Assembly (NCBI GenBank): GCA_030141605.1
Contig: JAQGDQ010002369.1
Location: forward strand, 124,001 to 188,000
Source: Tubiluchus corallicola
Taxonomy: Eukaryota; Animalia; Priapulida
DNA length: 64,000 nucleotides
Reading direction: 5' to 3'
Shown in pieces: positions 10,173 through 19,338 of this stretch. The notes under the pieces were generated by a model that was given only the letters and a program-made list of their open reading frames with translations, was not told where the DNA came from and made no database searches. The position numbers and the translations under genes were made by a program. Each line of letters starts with the position of its first letter. Positions within the stretch are counted from its first letter, which is position 1.

Positions 10173-11694
10173 TGAGCGTTGAATAAAATTCAAAGTCGTT
10201 CAGGTGGAGGTTTTCAGATGTAGAAAATTCCAGTTTGGCGTTAGCTCTAGTGGCCAATTTGCTCAAATAGGATTTATCTTGAGATTGCAAATATGCATCG
10301 AGCTCTGGATGAATGACGAGTTTGAGTGCATAGTGGTTTTGGCAATTGATCAGCTTTTTCAAAACTCTTTCGATTTCTACAGAGACGCTCTCATGATTTT
10401 TTACAAGACCGCTCCCTATGCAATAGGGGCAAGCTGTAAACAATGTTTGCGTCAAAGATTCCCGATGTCTTTGGCGAGTCATTTCTACGAGTCCGAATTC
10501 ACTCATTCCCAAAATGGTGCATTTAGCAGAATCTTCTTTCATCGATTCCCGGAGTTTTTCTAAAACTCTTCTTTGGTTTTTGCGTACACGCATGTCGATA
10601 AAATCACAGATCACGAGTCCACCGACATTGCGAAGGCGGAGTTGTCTTGCAATTTCTTCAGCAGCTTCCAAATTGATGCGCACAAGGGCTTCTTCAACAT
10701 CGCCGCCTGATTCATCCTGGGTGCTTCTTCCAGAGTTTACATCGATCGTATGCATCGCTTCCGTTTTGTCAAAAAAGAGATACCCTCCACTGGGAAGCCA
10801 TATTTTTCTTCGAACAGCGCGATCGATTTCTCTTTCAACATTGAACCTTTCGAACATGAGGGTTTTGTCCCGATAAAATTCGATCTTCAATGGATGTTCT
10901 TTAGCGTATTTTTTGAAAATCCGTTTACATTTTTGATAAGTTGCATAGTCATCAATCAAGATACGATCGAATTTTTTATCGACGGCTGTAACGATTGCAC
11001 GTTTGATGAGATCTGATTCTTCAAAAAGAATAGAAGGACCTGTCGCCTCATCGAACTTTTCGACAATTTCTTCCCATACTTTTAAAAGTTCATTCGCTTC
11101 TCCTATGAGCTGCTCCATGGTGGCACCTGCACTTGCCGTACGGCAGATCAGGCCCATATCCTGCGGCATTTCAAAAGCGCGGATAAGCTTTTTCAATCGA
11201 TCACGCGCTGAGCGCTCTTCGATTTTTCGGGAAACTCCCCGATGGGGATTGTTTGGAAGTAAAACGAGGTATCGTCCCGCAACAGAAATGTTCGAAGTGA
11301 GGCGAGCTCCCTTCGTACCAATCGGCTCTTTAACGACCTGGACTAAAACGGGCTGCTCGATTTTCAAAATCTGTTGAATATCTTTAGCAGCTTTTTGTTT
11401 GGAGCCGGCAGAACTGGCATCATATTCAAAATCGAAGTCCATATCGAACATCTCTTCGAACTTTTTGGTGTTCTCTAAAATATCACTGATATGAATGAAC
11501 CCGTTTTCTCCCTCATTGATATCTATGAAGGCAGATTGAATGTTGTGCAGAATATTGGTGACTCTGCCTCGGTAAACATTCCCGGTAATTTGGCGGGATT
11601 TTTTTCTCTCGACGATCAAATCATGGAGTTTTCCATGTTTGAGATATGCGTATCGAATCTCTTTGGATTCGATATTCAATAGTATTTCTTGCAT
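10150..11694 (-). CDS. rng: ribonuclease E/G family
   Basis: S1 domain GNVYRGRV, IDVNSG, QLRLRNVGGLVICDFIDM, CPYC; SD AAGGAG upstream. Confidence 0.95.
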   Translation of the reverse strand: MQEILLNIESKEIRYAYLKHGKLHDLIVERKKSRQITGNVYRGRVTNILHNIQSAFIDINEGENGFIHISDILENTKKFEEMFDMDFDFEYDASSAGSKQKAAKDIQQILKIEQPVLVQVVKEPIGTKGARLTSNISVAGRYLVLLPNNPHRGVSRKIEERSARDRLKKLIRAFEMPQDMGLICRTASAGATMEQLIGEANELLKVWEEIVEKFDEATGPSILFEESDLIKRAIVTAVDKKFDRILIDDYATYQKCKRIFKKYAKEHPLKIEFYRDKTLMFERFNVEREIDRAVRRKIWLPSGGYLFFDKTEAMHTIDVNSGRSTQDESGGDVEEALVRINLEAAEEIARQLRLRNVGGLVICDFIDMRVRKNQRRVLEKLRESMKEDSAKCTILGMSEFGLVEMTRQRHRESLTQTLFTACPYCIGSGLVKNHESVSVEIERVLKKLINCQNHYALKLVIHPELDAYLQSQDKSYLSKLATRANAKLEFSTSENLHLNDFEFYSTLNDEKIEH

Positions 11695-11700
11695 GATAAT

Positions 11701-11805
11701 CTCCTTGGAGCTACCTATGCATTTTTTTACACAGTTGCACGACCAGAGAAAGTCTCCGGTTCTTTAAGTGAAAAAAGTGCATCGTTAGACTCCTATAAAA
11801 GGAGG
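11701..11805 (-). promoter_or_regulatory. structured 5' leader of rng, long hairpin enclosing the SD
   Basis: Nested complementary segments 11701-06/11799-804, 11707-13/11786-93, 11717-28/11771-82 and an inner hairpin at 11742-60. Confidence 0.55.
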
Positions 11806-11917
11806 AAAGATATTATCTCCTCTAAGCGGCAAAGAATAGATGAAAAACAAATCTTTTTCCAGAAAAATCTCTTTTTCCCACTGAAGAGAAACTCTGAGTG
11901 TTAAAGAGTTGAAATTT

Positions 11918-12934
11918 TTATTTTAGGATGGAGGAAAAAGAATGAAGAAGATCCTGGCGTACCATTTGGGCGACCCCCTGGATTCCATTCATAATGGCGT
12001 GTGGAGTGGAATAACCGTGGCATTTGATGACGATTCCGTTGACCCCGCACAGGAGGGCTCCGGGATATTCAGCGTAATGAAGGTGACCTTGGAGGTCTTG
12101 AAGAAGGGCTTCCAAAGGAGCAAATTCTTTTTCAGGAATGTTTTCTTCCAATCGGTCGAGAATAAAACTTGCAAGTCCTTCAGAAGTTTTGAGCATAACG
12201 TTTCCCGAGAAACCATCTGTAATCAGAACATCAATGTGTCCCTCGAAAATTTCCTTACCTTCGATGTTTCCTTCGAATAAGAATCGTTTTTTCTTGGTCA
12301 ATTCCTTATAGGCGAGCCGCAGTTCTGAAGTTCCCTTAAGCGCTTCGGTCCCAATATTCAATAGACCGACTCGGGGTTTTGCAATTCCCCGTGTTATCTG
12401 AAAGGAGGTTCCCATCTCGGCAAACTGTATGAGATGTTCAGCTTTGCATTGCACATTGGCGCCGACATCAAGAACAGCAACCGGTTTTTTCCTCGTTGGA
12501 AGAAGAGCCAAAAGGGCTGGCCGAAGGATATTGGGAAGCATGGAAAGGTATTTTTTCGCGCTTGCCATAAGAGCGCCTGTATTTCCTGCAGACACAAAGG
12601 CGTCGATCTTTTTCTCTGTTAAAAGCGACATCCCAACGCAAAGAGAGGAATCCTTCTTCTTTCGAACCGAAAGAAGGGGAGGTTCATCCATTTCTATGGT
12701 TTCTTTGGCAAGAACTGTTTCTATGTGAGGGGATTTGATTTTTCGAAAATCAGAAGAAACGGAATGGTCTCCAATCAGGACAAAATGGATCGGATGTTTA
12801 GGGTTGAGTGATTTTACAGCGTTAATCAAATCATGGGGGTCATTGTCATTCCCCATAAGATCAAAGCCGATTGTAGGGATTTTCCCTAAATCGGCCTTCG
12901 TTTTACGCTGTTTGGACAATTTCGCGCTGGGCAT
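11918..12934 (-). CDS. plsX: phosphate acyltransferase PlsX
   Basis: GFDLMGND, SAGNTGA, LDVGAN, IKCHG motifs. Start shortened from the ORF track because 12903-13079 is rpmF; exact start uncertain. Confidence 0.92.
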   Translation of the reverse strand: MPSAKLSKQRKTKADLGKIPTIGFDLMGNDNDPHDLINAVKSLNPKHPIHFVLIGDHSVSSDFRKIKSPHIETVLAKETIEMDEPPLLSVRKKKDSSLCVGMSLLTEKKIDAFVSAGNTGALMASAKKYLSMLPNILRPALLALLPTRKKPVAVLDVGANVQCKAEHLIQFAEMGTSFQITRGIAKPRVGLLNIGTEALKGTSELRLAYKELTKKKRFLFEGNIEGKEIFEGHIDVLITDGFSGNVMLKTSEGLASFILDRLEENIPEKEFAPLEALLQDLQGHLHYAEYPGALLCGVNGIVIKCHGYSTPHAIMNGIQGVAQMVRQDLLHSFSSILK

Positions 12935-13079
12935 AGTGGCCACAATGGGGACAAATTCTGTGGGGCATGCGTGGCTTTGAGCAATTTGGACAGCTCGAAG
13001 TGTTCTTTGGTTTTTTCGCATGGTGAGAACGCCGCTTATTTTTTCTGGCGTTTGAAGTGCGAATTCTAGGTACTGCCAT
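12903..13079 (-). CDS. rpmF: 50S ribosomal protein L32
   Basis: Manual translation MAVPRIRTSNARKNKRRSHHAKKPKNTSSCPNCSKPRMPHRICPHCGHYAQREIVQTA (58 aa, not in ORF track); lies between yceD and plsX. Confidence 0.95.
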   Translation of the reverse strand: MAVPRIRTSNARKNKRRSHHAKKPKNTSSCPNCSKPRMPHRICPHCGHYAQREIVQTA

Positions 13080-13560
13080 TTTCGTTTTCTCCTCTATCTA
13101 GGTCCGCAAAAGGGAAATAGGTGTTGTCATCCTTTGGCGGTTCATCATCTTTTTTTAAGTACTGAGCTATATTCTTTCTTTCTGGACAATTTCCGCCCTT
13201 ACATTCTACATACTTCGGTAGTTCTAGTAAAACTGCTTCTCGAAGAGCAAGGCTATAATCGAAGATTGCGCTTTTGATTTCGCTCACAGGTTGAGTGTGG
13301 TAAAAGTTTTTTAAGAATACGGGAACAGAAATCATTTCATTACAAATCGAGCAAGGCATCTTTGCAGAAGTTTTCACTTTCAGGTGAATGATGAGGTACT
13401 CATCAGTGATGTAGGCCTCACCGGAAACCTCAATAGGAATTTCAAATTTTAGGTCTTTTTCTTCTTCTACATCGAGAAAGATCGGATCAAATGTTTCCTC
13501 GATTTTTTCAACCTGTCCTCCAGAGAGGCGGTCAATATAAATTTTGAAGGCATCAGACAT
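13066..13560 (-). CDS. yceD: YceD/DUF177 family protein
   Basis: CSIC motif, LREAVLLELP, C-terminal FPFADL; canonical position upstream of rpmF. Confidence 0.85.
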   Translation of the reverse strand: MSDAFKIYIDRLSGGQVEKIEETFDPIFLDVEEEKDLKFEIPIEVSGEAYITDEYLIIHLKVKTSAKMPCSICNEMISVPVFLKNFYHTQPVSEIKSAIFDYSLALREAVLLELPKYVECKGGNCPERKNIAQYLKKDDEPPKDDNTYFPFADLDRGENENGST

Positions 13561-13612
13561 TGCACAAACTCATTGTAAAAGGGAGTAATTTAGAACAATA
13601 ATCCTTTAAATT

Positions 13613-14725
13613 CTACAGATTTGCCTTATCCATTATGGCATTGGCTGCCTGAAAAGCAGCATCCTTTGCACCCAGAACTGACGTTAGTTCTTTTAAATCT
13701 TTTTTACATAGTTTCCGACGTGCAGAAAGCAGCTCTCTTGCTCGATTCAAAAGATTTTCCTGGGACAAATGGGGGCCGAAAAGTTCGGGAAAGGCTTCTT
13801 TTTGCAAGATGATGTTGACGATGGAATAGTAGGGGAGGCGGATGCGTAAAATATTTCGTGCAATGAATACGTCCCAGGACTTGATTGCGAAAGTCACAAC
13901 GGTCGGAATTTGATGCAATCCCAGCTCTAGGACAACAGTACCTGAGGTAGCCAGTGCCAGATAGGTCTGTTTCATCAAATCATAATTTTGTTCCGGGGGA
14001 CATATCCAAACCTTCTCAGTAATAATTTCTTGAACAAGAGAACGAAACTGTTCATGGGACAAAGAGAGGGCAATGGTCAGGTCAGGATTTTCTGCCTGCA
14101 GTATCTTTGCACACTTCCATTGAAGAGGGAGATTTCGTTCGATTTCTGTCTTTCGGCTACCGGGAAAAAGACTCAATATTTGTTTCTTCGGAAAAGATGA
14201 CGAGTAAGAATAATTTTGTATCGAGCGGACAAGAGGGTGGCCAACATACCGGACGTCCAAAGAAGTGGAAGAAAAACATTCAGGCTCAAAAGGGAGAAAT
14301 GTCAAAAGGAGATCGAGATTTTGGGTCATGAGCGGAATCCGTTTTTTGCCCCATGCCCAGACAGTAGGACAGACATAATGGATCAACTTTCCCTTGTATC
14401 CTTTTTTTCTCAATGACCTCTCTAACCTAAGATTGAATCCTGGATAATCGATACAGATAACAGCTTTCGGATTCATTCTTAGAATTGCATTACGCAATTT
14501 GAAAAAAGTTTTTACAAGTTTTGGCAATGCTAGAAGAACATCGATGAATCCCATGACTTGCAATTCTTCCATGGCAAGAATATGGGGAATGCCAAGTGCA
14601 CGCATTCTCGGTCCGGCAACGGAAGAGAGCTTTAGATGGGGATGTATTTCGAGCAGTTTTTGTGCTAGAAGAGATCCTTGCAAGTCAGCGCTGGGTTCTG
14701 CAGCTAATAGAAAGAAATCTGTCAT
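13613..14725 (-). CDS. lpxB: lipid-A-disaccharide synthase
   Basis: AAEPSAD, IDYPGFN, YVCPTVWAW, YVGHPL, FPGSR, SGTVVLE motifs. Confidence 0.95.
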   Translation of the reverse strand: MTDFFLLAAEPSADLQGSLLAQKLLEIHPHLKLSSVAGPRMRALGIPHILAMEELQVMGFIDVLLALPKLVKTFFKLRNAILRMNPKAVICIDYPGFNLRLERSLRKKGYKGKLIHYVCPTVWAWGKKRIPLMTQNLDLLLTFLPFEPECFSSTSLDVRYVGHPLVRSIQNYSYSSSFPKKQILSLFPGSRKTEIERNLPLQWKCAKILQAENPDLTIALSLSHEQFRSLVQEIITEKVWICPPEQNYDLMKQTYLALATSGTVVLELGLHQIPTVVTFAIKSWDVFIARNILRIRLPYYSIVNIILQKEAFPELFGPHLSQENLLNRARELLSARRKLCKKDLKELTSVLGAKDAAFQAANAIMDKANL

Positions 14726-15510
14726 TCCGACTTTCCATTCTTCAATAATACCTCGGAGATCCAGTCAGCTCCAGCTTTGAAAATTTCGGGACCAGTGCCG
14801 TGTCCTAAATGACCGATTGAAGGGGAGATAAAGAGTTCGATTTGAGGCGATCGAAGACCTTCTTTATAAGCTTTGTTCGACAGTTTCTCAACAAAATCAA
14901 ACGTATTTCTCGTCCCAATCCGCAGGTCACGGTTTCCTATGTACATCCTTATGTGCCGGTCCCATAGGTGATCAGTCAGGTGTTTTACGTGTAATTTATC
15001 AGCCAGAGGTGGCTTTTTTTCTTTGAATTCTTTGAGAATGGAAAGATCGGTAAGGGGGGCAAACTCTAAAATGAATCGTATTTCCTTCATTCTTGCGGCT
15101 ATATGAGAGGCGATGAACCCTCCCCGGGAAAGTCCTGCGAGCGCGATCTTATCTTTTTTAACGTATCCCTGATCGATCACAAATCGAATTGCAGCTTCAG
15201 CCTGATCGATGAAATCAGTAATGACGTCGTTCTCTTTTTCAAGATCATCAGCCCAAAGACCCATGGCCTCTGTCGGAGGAAAAGGAGGTTCGTGTCCCGG
15301 AAGGTTCATCGAGAAAATGCGGATCGGGTCATCGCTGAGAAATTGAACGATCTGATTAAAGGGATCCAGACAAAGAGAGTCTTCTCCTGACAGAGCAAAA
15401 TAAAAAAGAGCTGGCATTTCCCCTTTATCGAGGGAAGCACCTGTGTAGAATAGAGTGATTTCAGGAGTTATGTTGAGCGCTGAACACTGGATGTCTTTCG
15501 GATTCAACAT
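14722..15510 (-). CDS. alpha/beta hydrolase (esterase)
   Basis: GLSRGG elbow, Asp in GNRD, His in GHLGH. Confidence 0.75.
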   Translation of the reverse strand: MLNPKDIQCSALNITPEITLFYTGASLDKGEMPALFYFALSGEDSLCLDPFNQIVQFLSDDPIRIFSMNLPGHEPPFPPTEAMGLWADDLEKENDVITDFIDQAEAAIRFVIDQGYVKKDKIALAGLSRGGFIASHIAARMKEIRFILEFAPLTDLSILKEFKEKKPPLADKLHVKHLTDHLWDRHIRMYIGNRDLRIGTRNTFDFVEKLSNKAYKEGLRSPQIELFISPSIGHLGHGTGPEIFKAGADWISEVLLKNGKSE

Positions 15511-15601
15511 GAGATTTCTTTCGAAACTCCATTTATTTGGTAAAATTGACTTTTTCGGTATCTTTGCACTCGCATTTTTCTAAGCGAGTTTAGAAAAAAG
15601 T

Positions 15602-16837
15602 CTACCTCGGTCTTCTACGCCTTCTTCGTCTTTTGGGCTTTCTGTCCCATTGTTGTGCTTGATGGCTCTGAAAAATATTTTCCGTCCAATCGGTATAGAT
15701 TTTAAGGTATTCAGGCTCCAGTGTAGCACGGACTTTGAATAGTCTTAAGGCTAGGCCAAAGAACATATCCCGGGGAGCTTTTCGTTTTCGTTTTCTATCA
15801 TCAAGCGGTGTAAGTCGGTACTGATTGGTCATGATCGAAATCATGGCAGCCTTGATTCTTCGGGGAATAAGGAAAAAGGGTTTGAATGCCTCATCGATGA
15901 GAAGGGCAGATGCATCAGCAATGGTTCCAAGATGGGGAGGTTTTTCTTCTTTTTCGATCTGACGCTTGATCTTTTCATGCAAAATGGGAAAGAGAAGACA
16001 AGAGAGTAAAACAGGTCTTTCCAAAGCATGGCCAGGGCCTTTGCTTACTTCGTTGTCAGCTTCTGCTAAAAAGAGATAGGTAGGACTTTTTTCATTTTCC
16101 AGCTCTTTGGCAATCGGAGGCATGAGGTGATGGAGAATTCCATATTGAGTGAGATTTCGAAAAAAGGCTTCTGATGCGCCTGACTCCAACATCCGTAAAA
16201 GCTCTTCCAGAATTCGGGCAGGCGAGCTTTTGACGATCTCTTTTTTACAGCTATCCAGGGCAGCGAGAGCCTCCGTATCTGCAGACAGGTCGAACCGGGC
16301 TAAAAATTTTAGAAGACGGATCATTCGGACAGGGTCCTGTTTGAAGCGGACCTCTGCAACACCGATCGACCGCAGCACTTTTTTCTCAATATCTGAAAAT
16401 CCTCCAACGTAATCGATGAGGATTTCCTCTTCAGGATCATAAAAAAGGCCATTGATCGTGAAGTCCCTTCTAAGAACATCTTCTTCTGGTGAGCCCCATA
16501 TATTGTCCTGAACGATCAACTCAGAAGTTTCTGGATCTCCGGCACGAAAAGTGGATACTTCCAATATTTTTTTACCAAAACGGACATGGGCAAGTCGGAA
16601 CCTTCTTCCAATGAGGATGCAATTGCGGAAAATAGCCTTGACCTCTTCAGGTTTGGCGTTTGTGGAAATGTCGAAATCTTTAGGACGATGGTTCAATAAT
16701 AGGTCACGAACCCCACCTCCGACAAGATAAGCTTTGAATCCCGCTTCGTTGAGCTTGCGGATGATGTAATAGGCATGCTTGTCTATTTTAGTGGGGGGAA
16801 TCTGATGTTCGTCAGCTGAGTAAACTTTTGGTTGCAC
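15602..16837 (-). CDS. pcnB: poly(A) polymerase PcnB
   Basis: YLVGGGVRDLL, PKDFD, PAP signature LIGRRFRLAHV, RRDFTIN, basic C-terminal tail; GTG start. Confidence 0.93.
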   Translation of the reverse strand: MQPKVYSADEHQIPPTKIDKHAYYIIRKLNEAGFKAYLVGGGVRDLLLNHRPKDFDISTNAKPEEVKAIFRNCILIGRRFRLAHVRFGKKILEVSTFRAGDPETSELIVQDNIWGSPEEDVLRRDFTINGLFYDPEEEILIDYVGGFSDIEKKVLRSIGVAEVRFKQDPVRMIRLLKFLARFDLSADTEALAALDSCKKEIVKSSPARILEELLRMLESGASEAFFRNLTQYGILHHLMPPIAKELENEKSPTYLFLAEADNEVSKGPGHALERPVLLSCLLFPILHEKIKRQIEKEEKPPHLGTIADASALLIDEAFKPFFLIPRRIKAAMISIMTNQYRLTPLDDRKRKRKAPRDMFFGLALRLFKVRATLEPEYLKIYTDWTENIFQSHQAQQWDRKPKRRRRRRRPR

Positions 16838-16948
16838 TTGTCCTGTTTTTCAAAAGCGTGGAATTCTGTTCGATTATACTCCCAGAAAGAGGAAAAGTCA
16901 AAAGTTTGCTGGAGGCAAAGAAAGTTTACTGCTACGATGATTCACCTT

Positions 16949-18166
16949 ATGACACATGAAAAACCTATCAGCCGTAAACATGTTATTGGAGCTTCACTGC
17001 TAGTTGCCGGCACGTCGATCGGTGCTGGGATGTTGGCTCTTCCTGTGGTTACGAGTCTTGGGGGGTTCTGGCCGGCTCTCATCGTCTATTTCGTCTGCTG
17101 GATATTCATGAGTGCGACGGGTCTTCTTCTTATGGAAGTCTGCCTTCGCCTTCCCCGGGACAGGAACCTGGTTTCCATGGCAGGATATTTTTTAGGGCCA
17201 GCCGGTAAGGTCTTTGCCTGGATCCTTTATCTCTTTTTATTTTATAGCCTTTCCATCGCGTATATATCAGGTGGGTCGGGGCTCATTAGCGAAGCTACAA
17301 ATCACTTTATTACACCATTTTGGGGGTCCTGGATTTTTACTCTTGTATTGGGTGCTTTTGTCTTCCGGGGTGCTCTTTTGGTCGACCGTTTGAACGTGTT
17401 TTTAATGGCTGGACTGATCATCTCTTACGTTATCTTTGTCTTTTGGGGAATCGACTATGTGAATCCCGAGCATTTAAAGGCCTACAATTGGCCTTTAGCT
17501 TCCCTGGCCCTTCCCGTGATTTTCACATCTTTCAGTTATCAGGGAATGATCCCTTCACTCACGACTTATTTACAAAGAGATGCCAGACAACTTCGGATAG
17601 CTATTCTTACAGGCACATCGATCACCTTTATCATCTATGTCTTTTGGGAGATCCTCATTTTAGGGATCGTTCCTCTGGAAGGACCCAACGGCCTAATTGA
17701 AGCAAAACTCCATGGAGAGGCAGCCATTCAGCCTCTTCGGCATTTCACACAGATTCCGGCGATTTATACAATCGGCCAGTTTTTTGCTTTCTTTGCGATC
17801 ACTACTTCCTTTCTGGGTGTGAATCTGGGGTTGTTTGATTTTCTGGCTGACGGTTTTCGAATGCCTAAGAAGGGAATGAAAAAATGGCTGATTGCCTTGA
17901 TAACATTTCTTCCCCCTCTGATCATCTCTCTGGTCAATCCGGGAATATTTCTCATTGCTCTCAGTTATGCAGGTGGAGTGGGATGCGCACTCCTCTTAGG
18001 TTTTCTCCCCACTCTCATGGTCTGGATCGGACGCTACGTCAAAAGAACAGAACCCCTGACTCCTCAGGTGTTCGGCGGAAGATTTGTTCTCTCCCTTCTA
18101 TTTGCCTTTGTTATCTTTGAGCTCGTCATCGAAGCCCTGGGTGAATATTTAAGACTTGCCCACTGA
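16949..18166 (+). CDS. tyrP: aromatic amino acid transporter (TyrP/HAAAP family)
   Basis: LVAGTSIGAGMLALP, FFAITTSFLG, about 11 TM segments; start at 16937 or 16949. Confidence 0.9.
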   Translation: MTHEKPISRKHVIGASLLVAGTSIGAGMLALPVVTSLGGFWPALIVYFVCWIFMSATGLLLMEVCLRLPRDRNLVSMAGYFLGPAGKVFAWILYLFLFYSLSIAYISGGSGLISEATNHFITPFWGSWIFTLVLGAFVFRGALLVDRLNVFLMAGLIISYVIFVFWGIDYVNPEHLKAYNWPLASLALPVIFTSFSYQGMIPSLTTYLQRDARQLRIAILTGTSITFIIYVFWEILILGIVPLEGPNGLIEAKLHGEAAIQPLRHFTQIPAIYTIGQFFAFFAITTSFLGVNLGLFDFLADGFRMPKKGMKKWLIALITFLPPLIISLVNPGIFLIALSYAGGVGCALLLGFLPTLMVWIGRYVKRTEPLTPQVFGGRFVLSLLFAFVIFELVIEALGEYLRLAH

Positions 18167-18275
18167 GAATGAACGAAATTCAGTGAGAGATCTTTCGAGT
18201 TTCCCACTGAATTCTGAAAATGTTCTTCCAAAACTACAGCTTGACCCATACGGGTTTTCGCTATATTTATGAGAT

Positions 18276-18911
18276 ATGAAGAAGAACTCTCATAAGACCC
18301 TGGTCCTGATTACTGCAGCTGTGGGTGTTTTGATCTTTGTCCTCATGTTTTTCGTTTCCACGGCGATTCAAGGAAAAGCACTTATCCATGGGCAGCCCAC
18401 AATGGGGGATGTCAATGCACCTGTTCACATGGTTGTCTTTGAGGAATTGAAATGCCCTCATTGCAAGACATTCATGGAATATACCTATCCTGTCCTTAAG
18501 GAAAAGTACATCCATACCGGAGAAATGCAATTCACACTGATTCCATTATCATTTATCCCCGGCTCCCAGCTCGCGGCCCAGGCAGTATTATGTGTTTTCT
18601 ATTTAGACCCATCACAGATTTTTCCTTTCTACGAGGTCATGTTCCAGCATGCTGATGTTGAGGAGAACTGGATAACTTTCGATAACATGGTGAAGTATGC
18701 CTCTCTTACGGGAGGAATCAATCTGTCAGGATTCAAGACTTGTGTGAAAGAAAAACTGTTTTCTGAGGATCTTCAGAAAAATTATGAGCTGGCAAAACAA
18801 TGGATGGGTAAAGTGGAAACGCCTGCTGTTTTCATCAATGGAAAGCGGATAGAGCCCCCAACGCTGAAAAACTTGAATTTGGCTATCGAGGAAGTCAGAG
18901 GGGGGAGGTGA
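18276..18911 (+). CDS. DsbA-family thiol-disulfide oxidoreductase
   Basis: N-terminal TM anchor, CPHC, cis-Pro TPAVFING. Confidence 0.88.
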   Translation: MKKNSHKTLVLITAAVGVLIFVLMFFVSTAIQGKALIHGQPTMGDVNAPVHMVVFEELKCPHCKTFMEYTYPVLKEKYIHTGEMQFTLIPLSFIPGSQLAAQAVLCVFYLDPSQIFPFYEVMFQHADVEENWITFDNMVKYASLTGGINLSGFKTCVKEKLFSEDLQKNYELAKQWMGKVETPAVFINGKRIEPPTLKNLNLAIEEVRGGR

Positions 18912-19333
18912 TGCGATTTTTCATGCGCTATGGCCTTTATTTAGCTTGGGTCATCACGTTAATCGCTTCTTTGAGCTCACTGTATTACACGGAAGTCCTC
19001 AAATGGGAGCCATGCAAGCTTTGCTGGTACCAGAGGACTTGTATCTTCCCATTGACAATCATTTTAGGAATCGCCGCGTACCGGATGGACCGCAAAATTG
19101 TCGATTACGTCCTTCCTCTCGTAGTGATCGGAGCTCTGTTTTCCATTTATCAAATCGTCGAGGGAAAACTGCCTATCTTAAAAAAGATTCCTCTTTGCAG
19201 TGGGAACGTAGATTGCTCGTCGCAGCAGTATGAGTTCTTTGGTGTTTTCTCTATCCCATCGATGAGTCTACTGGCTTTTCTATTGATTCTATTTTTTCTG
19301 GTGCTTGCCCGGCAAAGCTGGAAAGAAGAATAG
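18908..19333 (+). CDS. dsbB: disulfide bond formation protein DsbB/BdbC
   Basis: PCKLCWYQR, 4 TM segments, second Cys pair; overlaps the DsbA stop codon. Confidence 0.92.
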   Translation: MMRFFMRYGLYLAWVITLIASLSSLYYTEVLKWEPCKLCWYQRTCIFPLTIILGIAAYRMDRKIVDYVLPLVVIGALFSIYQIVEGKLPILKKIPLCSGNVDCSSQQYEFFGVFSIPSMSLLAFLLILFFLVLARQSWKEE

Positions 19334-19338
19334 AACCT

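Noticed and set aside
11918-13021. 367-aa long version of PlsX from the ORF track
   Set aside because: The extension overlaps rpmF (12903-13079) in another frame; PlsX homology starts near IGFDLMG.
18177-18213. Hairpin AATTCAGTG...CACTGAATT after tyrP
   Set aside because: Only 9 perfect bp, irregular inner stem and no U-tail; too weak to call.
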